From assembly GCA_030744635.1 (NCBI GenBank), contig JASLQE010000387.1, forward strand, positions 1 to 29,017: a stretch of 29,017 nucleotides of DNA, read 5' to 3'. The position numbers and the translations under genes were made by a program. Origin of the DNA: Dehalococcoidia bacterium. Lineage in GTDB: Bacteria > Chloroflexota > Dehalococcoidia > JACVQG01 > JAHKAY01. This document shows, one piece after another, positions 7,671 to 15,591 of this stretch; position 1 is the stretch's first letter; the number at the start of each line of letters is the position of its first letter. The notes under the pieces are model-generated. The model worked only from the letters and a program-made list of their open reading frames with translations. It did no database searches and was not told the DNA's origin.

Positions 7671-8891
7671 ATGCCGGGACCGCTATCGGGAATAAGGATT
7701 CTGGAATGGGCCATCTGGCATGCCGGGCCGGGGGCCAACTATATGCTGGGTGACCTGGGTGCGGATGTGATAAAGATTGAGCAGCCGGAGGTGGGCGACC
7801 CAGAGCGGGGCTACACCCGCCTGGAGGGTTCCCACATTATGGACCCAGACCGCCCCACCGGTATCCTTTTCCATATAACCAACCGTAACAAGAAGAGCGT
7901 CACTATTGACCTCACCAAGGAGGAGGGGCAGCAGATTCTCTACCGGCTGGTGGAGAAGTGCGATGTTTTTCTGCAGAACTTCCGGCCTGGGGTGGCCGCC
8001 CGGCTGGGTGTGGACTACGAGACCCTGAAGAAGTTCAATCCCAAGCTGATATATGTAAATGTCTCCGGCTACGGGCCGAAGGGCCCGGAGAGCGGCCTGC
8101 GGGGTCAGGACTACATAGGCCTGGCCCGCTCCGGCTTCCTCTCCGCAATGCACAGCGGGGATGATGAGCTACCCCATGTCACCGGTGCCATCGCTGACCA
8201 CATGACCTGCACTACAGCCGCCTACGGTATCCTGGCCGCCTTGGTGGCGCGGGAGCGGATGGGCGTCGGCCAGGAAATCCACACCTCCCTTTTCGGTAGT
8301 ATGCTGGGACTGCAGTCGGTGCGTATAGGCCAGACGCTGATGATGGGCCGCGAGCCGGCCCCCCGCCGCCGCCGTGAGATGCTAAACCCCATTTACAACC
8401 ACTACCGTTGCGCCGATGACAAGTGGTTAGCCCTGGCGGTGCTGGCGACGGAACGGGTATGGCCTGATGTGTGTAAGGCCCTGAGCATGGAGGAGCTGGA
8501 GAAAGACCCCCGGTTTGACAGCACGGAGCACCGGGCCGAGAACTGCCGGGAGCTTATAGACCTCCTGGACCACACCTTTGCCGGCAAGCCGCGGGATGAG
8601 TGGCTGAAGCTTCTACGCCAGCACCGGCGCATCATTTGCTCGCCCATACTTGACCCCATGGACCTCCTGGATGACCCCCAGACCATGGAAAACGACTACA
8701 TAGTAGAGGTGGAGGACCAGGAGCTGGGGCGTATCAAGCAGGTGGGATGCCCGGTGACCTTTACCGAGACCCCTGCCAAGGTGCAGGGACCGTCCCCGAT
8801 GTTCGGCCAGCACACCGAGGATGTGCTGTTGGAGGTCGGAGGCTATACCTGGGATGACATATCCCGCTTCCGGGAGGGCGGGGTTATCTAA
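7671..8891 (+). CDS. Class III CoA-transferase (CaiB/BaiF family)
   Basis: PLSGIRILE, LGDLGADVIKIE, NRNKKSVTIDL, QNFRPG, and GAIADH with the catalytic Asp. ATG 7671 follows a purine-rich SD-like run, so it is preferred over 7626. Confidence 0.93.
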   Translation: MPGPLSGIRILEWAIWHAGPGANYMLGDLGADVIKIEQPEVGDPERGYTRLEGSHIMDPDRPTGILFHITNRNKKSVTIDLTKEEGQQILYRLVEKCDVFLQNFRPGVAARLGVDYETLKKFNPKLIYVNVSGYGPKGPESGLRGQDYIGLARSGFLSAMHSGDDELPHVTGAIADHMTCTTAAYGILAALVARERMGVGQEIHTSLFGSMLGLQSVRIGQTLMMGREPAPRRRREMLNPIYNHYRCADDKWLALAVLATERVWPDVCKALSMEELEKDPRFDSTEHRAENCRELIDLLDHTFAGKPRDEWLKLLRQHRRIICSPILDPMDLLDDPQTMENDYIVEVEDQELGRIKQVGCPVTFTETPAKVQGPSPMFGQHTEDVLLEVGGYTWDDISRFREGGVI

Positions 8892-8945
8892 AAGGCCACA
8901 GGGCAGGCGGGTATAGCAAACAGCCCGTCTCCGGCGGGAGCGGAG

Positions 8946-10154
8946 TTACTCTATAACCCTCTCCAGCACCAGGTTCACATACTCCTCCTCGGAGAGGCCC
9001 AGGAGGTCCCGGAGCACCTCCTCGTTGTGCTCCCCCACCAGGGGTGCCCGTGTGATTTCGGAGGGGGTCTCCGAGAAGCGCACCCCATGGGCCTGGGGGC
9101 GGTGGGGGCCTATCTCCGGGTGGTCCAGGAGAGGGAAGTGTTGCCGGTGCTCTAACTGGGGATCCTCGTAGATTTCGGCCATGTCCTCCACCACGCCGGC
9201 GGGGACACCCGCTTTCTGAAGCAGGTGCATGGTATCGTGAGCGGGATGCTCCCGTGTCCAGGTGGATATTGTCCTTTCCAGTTCGTCCTCGTTGTCCTGA
9301 CGGGACTTGAGGGTGGCGAAGTTGGGGTCCGAGGCCAGCTCCGGTCGCTCCATAACCTGGCAGAGGGCCTGCCACTCCGCATCGCTGGTACAGGCGATGG
9401 TCAGCCAGCGGTCCTCCCCCTGGCAGGGGAAAGCCCCGTGGGGGGCAAAATGTGGGTCACGGTTGCCCATACGCACCGCCTCCCGGTTGTTGGCGATACG
9501 GTCCAAGATGATAGGAGCGATGAGCCAGGAGGAGATTTCAAACTGGGAAAGGTCTATATACTGGCCCTTACCGGTGCGGCGGCGGTGGTCCAGGGCAGCG
9601 CTTACGGCCAGTGCACCGAAGTAGGGGGCCACGAAGTCGGGGATGGCACCAAAGGGGGTAACCGGGCCCCTGTCGGGCCAGCCCATTACATGAACCAGCC
9701 CGGCAACCGCCTGAGCCACCGTGCCAGTGCCGGGGTGTCCGGCGTAAGGGCCGGTCTGGCCCAGGTTGGTCAAGCTTATCATCACCAGGTCCGGGTTGAC
9801 CTCCGTGAGGTCATCGTAACCCAGTCCCATGCGCACCATTACCCCGGGGGCGAAGTTCTCCACCACCACATCCGCCCAGGCGGCCAGCTTCCTGCCAAGG
9901 TCTACACCCCGCTCCGTCTTAAGGTTTATGGAGAGGCCCATCTTACTGGTGTTAAGACTGGCAAAGAAACCGCCGCGGTTGAGACCCACCGCGCCATCCC
10001 TAAAGGGTGGCGAGGTGCGCACCGAGTCAGGCCGGGTAGCTGACTCGACATGCACCACGGTGGCCCCGTGGTCCGCCAAGTAGCGGCCGGTCATGGGGCC
10101 TATGCCGAAGTGGGTGAAATCCGCCACTTTAATGCCGTCAAAGATACCTGACAT
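8946..10154 (-). CDS. Class III CoA-transferase (CaiB/BaiF family, BbsF-like catalytic subunit)
   Basis: FDGIKVADF, LADHGATVVHVES, ENFAPG, and GAIPDF with the Asp retained. Confidence 0.93.
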   Translation of the reverse strand: MSGIFDGIKVADFTHFGIGPMTGRYLADHGATVVHVESATRPDSVRTSPPFRDGAVGLNRGGFFASLNTSKMGLSINLKTERGVDLGRKLAAWADVVVENFAPGVMVRMGLGYDDLTEVNPDLVMISLTNLGQTGPYAGHPGTGTVAQAVAGLVHVMGWPDRGPVTPFGAIPDFVAPYFGALAVSAALDHRRRTGKGQYIDLSQFEISSWLIAPIILDRIANNREAVRMGNRDPHFAPHGAFPCQGEDRWLTIACTSDAEWQALCQVMERPELASDPNFATLKSRQDNEDELERTISTWTREHPAHDTMHLLQKAGVPAGVVEDMAEIYEDPQLEHRQHFPLLDHPEIGPHRPQAHGVRFSETPSEITRAPLVGEHNEEVLRDLLGLSEEEYVNLVLERVIE

Positions 10155-10155
10155 G

Positions 10156-11391
10156 CTAAATCACCCCCTGCTGCTTTAGCGCATCTATCTCATCCACAGG
10201 AAGCCCCAACCACCCCCCGTAGACTTCCCGGTTATGCTCACCCACCATGGGCGCTCGTTTTCCGGGCTGCACCGGAGTCGGTCTGGACTGGATAAACGCT
10301 CCAGGATAGGTGATGGAACGACCCAGTTCAGGGTGCTTCACATCCATCCAGTAGCCGCGTGACTGTAGCTGCGGATCATTGATGATATCCGTCATGTCAT
10401 ACACCGGAAGGAGAATAAGACGGCGCTCCAGCGCACCCTGTAGCATCTCATTCTTGGTATGGGTTAGGAAAAAGGCCCCCAGCCTATCCTCCACGGGCTC
10501 CATCCATTCGCGGGTCACTGTGGACATATCCAGGGCTTTCCAGTCTATCCCGCGCAGAAATTCATCGGCCATGCCCTCGCTATCCATCCAGTCCACCAAA
10601 GCTTGGTTCACACGGGCGCCAGTAGCGCCGCCGTATATGGCGAAGCAGATAAAACCGTCCTTACACGGCCATACCTGCCGTTCTGGGATGGCGGCCAGAA
10701 GCTCTCCCCGGAACTGGCCCGAACGTCTGAGTCGGCGCTGATTAATGTCTTGAAAGGCGGGGGCATTAGCACTCAAGCTCACCGAGGACTGCTGGGCTGA
10801 GGCATCCACCCGCTGACCCTTACCGGTGCGTCCTCTGTGGAACAGAGCCATGACCGTGCCAGCAGCTGCCTCGGTGCCAGCGATCGGGTAGGCTATAGGA
10901 AAGCTATCCCGCACTGGGGCTCTATCTGTATCTCCGCATAGGGACATGTAGCCGCTCATGGCCATGGTTACGATATCCGGCCCCTTGTAGTCCTTGTAGG
11001 GGCCTGTAGTACCGAACGGGGTGACGGTAGTGTACACCAGGGTGGGATTGACCTCCGTGAGGGCATCATAGCCCACCCCAATTGAGTCAAGGTATCCGAT
11101 GGGTAAAGACTCAATAACAGCATCGGCCTTTGCTGCCAAGTTCTTTAACAGGTCCCGACCACGCTGGTCCTCCAAATTCAGAGTAACGCCCTGTTTGCCC
11201 TGGCAGAAGGCAAACCAGAATAGGCTTTTATCTGGATGAGGGTCGTCCTGGTAGAAGGGGCCAATCATGCGGGCGGGGTCTCCCCCAGGTCTCTCCACCT
11301 TCACCACCTCAGCGCCCATATCAGCCAGCAGTTTACCGCAGAACAGGCCCTTATCATCGCTGAGGTCTAATATGCGGTATCCGTTGAGCAA
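10156..11391 (-). CDS. Class III CoA-transferase (CaiB/BaiF family, BbsE-like, catalytic Asp absent)
   Basis: LNGYRILDLS, LADMGAEVVKVE, KQGVTLNL. The Asp position reads PIAYP. Its stop is 1 bp from the next ATG. Confidence 0.9.
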   Translation of the reverse strand: MLNGYRILDLSDDKGLFCGKLLADMGAEVVKVERPGGDPARMIGPFYQDDPHPDKSLFWFAFCQGKQGVTLNLEDQRGRDLLKNLAAKADAVIESLPIGYLDSIGVGYDALTEVNPTLVYTTVTPFGTTGPYKDYKGPDIVTMAMSGYMSLCGDTDRAPVRDSFPIAYPIAGTEAAAGTVMALFHRGRTGKGQRVDASAQQSSVSLSANAPAFQDINQRRLRRSGQFRGELLAAIPERQVWPCKDGFICFAIYGGATGARVNQALVDWMDSEGMADEFLRGIDWKALDMSTVTREWMEPVEDRLGAFFLTHTKNEMLQGALERRLILLPVYDMTDIINDPQLQSRGYWMDVKHPELGRSITYPGAFIQSRPTPVQPGKRAPMVGEHNREVYGGWLGLPVDEIDALKQQGVI

Positions 11392-11420
11392 TACACAATC
11401 CTTCAGTAATATTTTGTCAT

Positions 11421-11450
11421 ATGATAAGAGTCATACAAGTAGCTTGTCAA
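11421..11450 (-). promoter_or_regulatory. Sigma70-type promoter of the CoA-transferase pair
   Basis: Minus strand TTGACA-N18-TATCAT in an AT-rich intergenic stretch. Confidence 0.6.
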
Positions 11451-11507
11451 ATTAATACCCTCTACAGGGTAAGGGAGGCCCTGTTAGTCCCACACGCCCT
11501 CCCGGTT

Positions 11508-11566
11508 AGATGGGTCCTGGGGGGTTTTACCTCCCAAAGACAGTCTATCTGGACGGGTAGGTGGGA
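11508..11566 (+). repeat. G/C-run REP-like repeat, family B, uninterrupted degenerate copy
   Basis: AGATGGGTCCTG-GGGGGTTTTACCTCCCAA-N11-CTGGACGGG-TAGGTGGGA, same layout as 4212-4269 and 15381-15581. Confidence 0.55.
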
Positions 11567-11606
11567 GTGAGGGGATCCCGCTTTTGGTTCACGGGCTTGG
11601 AATGGG

Positions 11607-13244
11607 CTACATGGGGCAGGTGAGGTGGCCCAGACGCTCGGTTAGGCGCAGGTTCTCCGAGTAGTCCACGGGCACTTCTATCACCACCGGCTGGCCCATT
11701 CCCATGGCCTGCTGCAGTGCGGGCAGGAGCTGGGAGGCGGCCTCTATACGGAAACCGGGCAGTCCCATGGAGCGGGCCAGCAGGGCGAAGTCCGGGTTGG
11801 TGAAGGAGGTGCCGAAGTCATGCTCATAGCGTTTCATCTCCTTCCAGGAGATGAGGCCGTAGCCGGAGTCCACCCATACCAGAACCACGAAGCCAAGCCC
11901 CAGGCGGCGGGCGGTCTCTAGCTCGGCGGCCGTCATCATAAAGCCCCCGTCACCTACCACGGCCACCACCTGGCGGTGGGGAAAGGCCAGCTTGGCGGCT
12001 ATGGCCCCCGGTAAAGCCACCCCCATGGAGGCCAGACCGTTGGAGATAACCACGGTGTTGGTCTTGGCGGCGGGGAACAGGCGGGCCAGCCATACCTTGT
12101 GGGCACCCACATCGGAGAGCAGAATGTCCTCGTATCCCATGCCGCGGCGGAGGTCGGAGATAATCCGCTGTGGCTTGAGGGGGAAGGAGTCATCGCTGCT
12201 GAAGTCCTCCAACTCCTGGAGGACGAACTCCCTGAGCAGCGCTGGTCCAGAGGGCATCCCCTGGCGCAGGGGACAGGCCGCTGATAGGGCGGAGAGGGAA
12301 TCCCCGATTTCGGCCACAATCTCCACCGCCGGCTGATAGGACTCGTCCACCTCGGCGGGGGTGGTGTCAATATGGATAATCTTCTTATCGCCGCTGCCGT
12401 TCCAGAGGCCGGGCCCGTACTCCACCTGGTCATAGCCCACGGCTATAACCACATCCGCCTTTTCCAGGCCGCACATAACCCAGTCCCTATCGTGCAGGCC
12501 CACGGCGAGCAGGGATAGATAGTCCCGGTAGTCCATAGCGCCCATGCCCATGAAGGTGTTGGCCACGGGCACCCCCAGGTGGTGAGCGAACTCGCTCAGC
12601 CGCCTCCCTGCCCCACGCCGTATGACACCGTTCCCGGCCAGTGCTACGGGATAGCTGGCTTCTTGAATGAGGCGGGCCGCCTGGGCGATTGCGGTTTCGG
12701 CGGGTATGGGGTATACCACCGGGGGGTGCTGCAACGGCTCGCCGTCTGCCCCTTCGTCGGCCACATCCTCGGGCAGCTCTAGGTGCGTGGCCCCGGGCTT
12801 TTCCATGACTGCTTCCTTGAAGGCCTTGCGCACCATCTCCGGAATGGCTTCTCCCCGCTCTATACGGGCGTTCCACTTGGTCACCGGTCGGAATATCTCC
12901 ACCACATCTATGTACTGGTGGGCCTCCTTGTGGGCCTTGCCCAGGGATGCCTGTCCGGTGATGGCCACCAGCGGGGAGCGGTCCAGGTGGGCATTGGCCA
13001 CCCCGGTGAGCAGGTTGGTGGCCCCGGGACCAAGGGTGGAGAAACACACCCCAGGCTTGCCAGTGAGCCGGCCAGTGACGCCGGCCATGAAGGCGGCCCC
13101 GGCCTCGTGGCGGGTGAGAACGAACTTGATGGGGCTGCGGGACAGGGCATCCAGCAGCCCCAGGGTCTCCTCACCCGGGAGGCCGAACAGGTACTTTACC
13201 CCCTCAGCCTCCAGGCACTTTAGCAGCAGCTCAGCGGCTTTCAA
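11607..13244 (-). CDS. ThDP-dependent acetolactate synthase large-subunit-like enzyme
   Basis: FGLPGEE, RHEAGAAFMA, STLGPGATN, GLASMG, GDGGF..VDSGYG ThDP motif. Homology starts at TTG 13244 (MKAAELL), with SD-like GGGTGAG and a promoter upstream. Confidence 0.9.
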   Translation of the reverse strand: MKAAELLLKCLEAEGVKYLFGLPGEETLGLLDALSRSPIKFVLTRHEAGAAFMAGVTGRLTGKPGVCFSTLGPGATNLLTGVANAHLDRSPLVAITGQASLGKAHKEAHQYIDVVEIFRPVTKWNARIERGEAIPEMVRKAFKEAVMEKPGATHLELPEDVADEGADGEPLQHPPVVYPIPAETAIAQAARLIQEASYPVALAGNGVIRRGAGRRLSEFAHHLGVPVANTFMGMGAMDYRDYLSLLAVGLHDRDWVMCGLEKADVVIAVGYDQVEYGPGLWNGSGDKKIIHIDTTPAEVDESYQPAVEIVAEIGDSLSALSAACPLRQGMPSGPALLREFVLQELEDFSSDDSFPLKPQRIISDLRRGMGYEDILLSDVGAHKVWLARLFPAAKTNTVVISNGLASMGVALPGAIAAKLAFPHRQVVAVVGDGGFMMTAAELETARRLGLGFVVLVWVDSGYGLISWKEMKRYEHDFGTSFTNPDFALLARSMGLPGFRIEAASQLLPALQQAMGMGQPVVIEVPVDYSENLRLTERLGHLTCPM

Positions 13245-13264
13245 AAAGATCTCACCCTGACTGA

Positions 13265-13293
13265 ATTGTAAGGTGGCCGGCACCGTATGGCAA
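13265..13293 (-). promoter_or_regulatory. Sigma70-type promoter of the ALS-like gene
   Basis: Minus strand TTGCCA-N17-TACAAT, about 20 nt above TTG 13244. Confidence 0.6.
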
Positions 13294-13376
13294 GTAAGAG
13301 GGAATACCGTCAGGCCTAGTGGCCGTGTATTATGGAGCCCTTCCCGTTCGGGTGCCAGATTCCTCCCCAAAAGCTA

Positions 13377-13404
13377 TTGACTTTCTAAGGATATTTGTTA
13401 TAAT
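13377..13404 (+). promoter_or_regulatory. Near-consensus sigma70 promoter of the GalT-like gene
   Basis: TTGACT-N16-TATAAT with extended TG, followed by SD GAAAGGAG at 13433-13440. Confidence 0.75.
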
Positions 13405-13444
13405 TTGTCAAAACTGGCTTTAAATAATTACCGAAAGGAGTGCG

Positions 13445-14545
13445 CTGGCTGGTTTTCTCAGGGAGTTTCAGGGGCTGACAGCCAGCTTCTCAGTTGACGG
13501 AACCTCCCAGGGCCACCCTTTCCTTACCCGGGTTGACCCCCTTTCCGGCAATGTGGCCAAAATCTCACCGGAGCGTGCCCGCCGCACCATCGGCATATCG
13601 GTAGAGATGGACATGCGGCCAGCAACCCACTGCAGCTTTTGCGATTACGCCACCGCCACCCCCGAGCCTCGGATTCAGCATGCCGGTGGCGCGGTATCCG
13701 TGCCCAATCTGTACCCCTGGGAGAAGTACGACTGGATTACCATTTACCCGCCCTTTTCCCAGCACAAGGTGCTGCTCTCTGACCTCTACTTCGAGGACAT
13801 GGAGATGATGATGGAGTCCTCATACGACCTGGCCGAGCGATGCGCATATGAAGAGGATGTAATCGCTTTCATGGACTTCACCAACTGGGGTGCCTTCGCC
13901 GGAGCCTCTCAGCAGCACCCCCACTCCCAGCGCAAGAGCATCACCTTTATGCCGGATCCGGTTCAAGAGCGGGAGTGGCAGCGGTGTCTGGAAATTGTGG
14001 AGACGCTGGGGCGACATCCCTTTGACATCCTACTGCAGGAGGAGCGGGAGGACGGCCGTCGCCTTATCTTTGACAACGATGTGGTGGTGCTGGCCGCCTT
14101 TGCGCCCACCTGTTCGGACGAGCTGTTGGTCTTTCCCCGTGAGGACCTCTCCCATATTCTGCAGAGCACCCCCGCCCAGCGTAACCATCTTATGCGCCAA
14201 GTGCTGGGTATATTCCCCGCCCTGTTTCTATACCGGGGAATCACCGACCTCAATATCGCCATGCACATGGCCCCCTTCGCCTCTATGGAACCGGCCCGCA
14301 AGTACTTCAGGTGGCATATGCATGTCTACCCCCGCCGCTCCCGCCTGCCCGCCGATAGGGCCGGAGCCGAAATCGGTTTCCAGACCAGCGTGATTGATAC
14401 GCTTCCGGAGACTACCGCCGAGGCCCTGCGCCACTGGTACGAGGCCGGTCCCCGTGAGGAGATGGTGGCCCGGTGCGACGATGGCACCCCCAGCCCGCTG
14501 CTGGTGCGGGAGCTGCGCCGTATCTCCAACGGCAACGGCCACTAA
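13445..14545 (+). CDS. GalT-like (galactose-1-phosphate uridylyltransferase/HIT superfamily) nucleotidyltransferase, probable CTG start
   Basis: CSFC, VPNLYP, NWGAFAGASQQHPHSQ (HxHxQ), WHMHVYPR. The frame is open upstream of GTG 13553 and encodes RVDPLSG..KISPERARR, like the GalT N-terminus. Confidence 0.8.
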   Translation: MAGFLREFQGLTASFSVDGTSQGHPFLTRVDPLSGNVAKISPERARRTIGISVEMDMRPATHCSFCDYATATPEPRIQHAGGAVSVPNLYPWEKYDWITIYPPFSQHKVLLSDLYFEDMEMMMESSYDLAERCAYEEDVIAFMDFTNWGAFAGASQQHPHSQRKSITFMPDPVQEREWQRCLEIVETLGRHPFDILLQEEREDGRRLIFDNDVVVLAAFAPTCSDELLVFPREDLSHILQSTPAQRNHLMRQVLGIFPALFLYRGITDLNIAMHMAPFASMEPARKYFRWHMHVYPRRSRLPADRAGAEIGFQTSVIDTLPETTAEALRHWYEAGPREEMVARCDDGTPSPLLVRELRRISNGNGH

Positions 14546-14565
14546 GCCTTCAGCCACACCCGGTT

Positions 14566-14595
14566 TTGACGCTCCTCTGACTCCTGTGCCAGAAT
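14566..14595 (+). promoter_or_regulatory. Possible sigma70-type promoter of the V4R-like gene
   Basis: TTGACG-N18-CAGAAT with extended TG. SD AGGAGGAG precedes ATG 14639. Confidence 0.45.
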
Positions 14596-14638
14596 AGCAT
14601 TAGCCAGCAACCAGATTTCAGCCGACAGGAGGAGCGCT

Positions 14639-15289
14639 ATGCCCAGACAGCTAAGCCAGGAAGAGCGCCGCAAGGTAGGGTTCAATATGCCGTTTGCCAA
14701 AGCGGTGGAGTGCTTCCGCCGGGACGCCCTATCCAGGAAGGACTATGACCCGGCCACCATGGCTGTCTTCGGGTCAATCATGTCCCGGGCGCTCCTGGAG
14801 ATGCTCCAAGCGGTGGAGCGTGAGTTTGGAGAGAGGGGACAGGAGGTGGCCACCGGTGCCCTGGTGGGGGTGGGCCGCAGGGTGGCCGAGGAGATGCTAC
14901 AGGGGGTGGAGTTCCCCGCCGGCATGACGCCGGTGGAGAGGGCCTCCGCCTTCATCACTTGGCTCAACGAGGTGGTATATGCCTCCGTGGAGGAGCCGGT
15001 AATAGACAGTGAGGACTCCTTCTCTTTTCACATCCGGTGGTGCCCCCTACAGGACATCTACTCCCCGATAGACTGCCGTATACAGCGTTACCTGGTGGAG
15101 GGGGAGCTACAGGCGGCTGCGGAGATTATGGGGGACTTCCAGATAGCCTTTGACTTCGGGATACCCTCGGGGCACCCCACCTGTCACTTCAGCATCCGGC
15201 GGCGTAAGCCCGGCGAGGAGAGCGCGTGGGACCAGTACACCCGCTCCATCAACCGCAAGGGGCTGGAGAAGTCCCGCCAGGGGAAATAG
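14639..15289 (+). CDS. Hypothetical protein, V4R/ATC-hydrolase-like fold
   Basis: Strong SD. The pattern WCP...DC...EG......C.F.I resembles 4VR/ATC_hydrolase-type small-ligand domains. The family call is by resemblance only. Confidence 0.6.
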   Translation: MPRQLSQEERRKVGFNMPFAKAVECFRRDALSRKDYDPATMAVFGSIMSRALLEMLQAVEREFGERGQEVATGALVGVGRRVAEEMLQGVEFPAGMTPVERASAFITWLNEVVYASVEEPVIDSEDSFSFHIRWCPLQDIYSPIDCRIQRYLVEGELQAAAEIMGDFQIAFDFGIPSGHPTCHFSIRRRKPGEESAWDQYTRSINRKGLEKSRQGK

Positions 15290-15380
15290 CGCCTTATTGT
15301 GGGCACGATTGCCCTCCACAGGCTTCCCCAAGGAGTCCACAGGGCGGACAGTACGGCGGCCCAGAGGGTGTCTTGCCTGA

Positions 15381-15581
15381 AGGGGAGGCCTGTCCGATGA
15401 TGCTTTGCTCATCGGACTCCGATAGGCGAAGCACTATCGGAGGGGGGCTTGTCCCCCCCAGAAAACAAAACTGGGCGGGTCTGCCCTGCGGACTCTCCTA
15501 AGGAATCCGGTCGGAACGGAGTATCGGTCCGAAGGACTCTCCGCCTTGCGGAGTCCGATACTCCGTTCCGACCGGGTGGGC
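15381..15581 (+). repeat. Family B REP-like repeat carrying two hairpin inserts (15393-15442 and about 15481-15573)
   Basis: Removing the inserts gives AGGGGAGGCCTG-GGGGGCTTGTCCCCCCCA-N10-CTGGGCGGGT-GGGTGGGC. Contains a perfect 21-bp inverted repeat at 15507-15527/15555-15575. Lies between convergent genes. Confidence 0.75.
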
Positions 15582-15591
15582 TAAAGCAGAG

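Noticed and set aside
13352-13357. TGGCAC (minus strand) as a sigma54 -24 box
   Set aside because: There is no TTGC -12 element at the required spacing.
13245-13370. 42-aa N-terminal extension of the ALS-like ORF
   Set aside because: It has no homology, and a promoter (13265-13293) and SD lie inside it, supporting TTG 13244.
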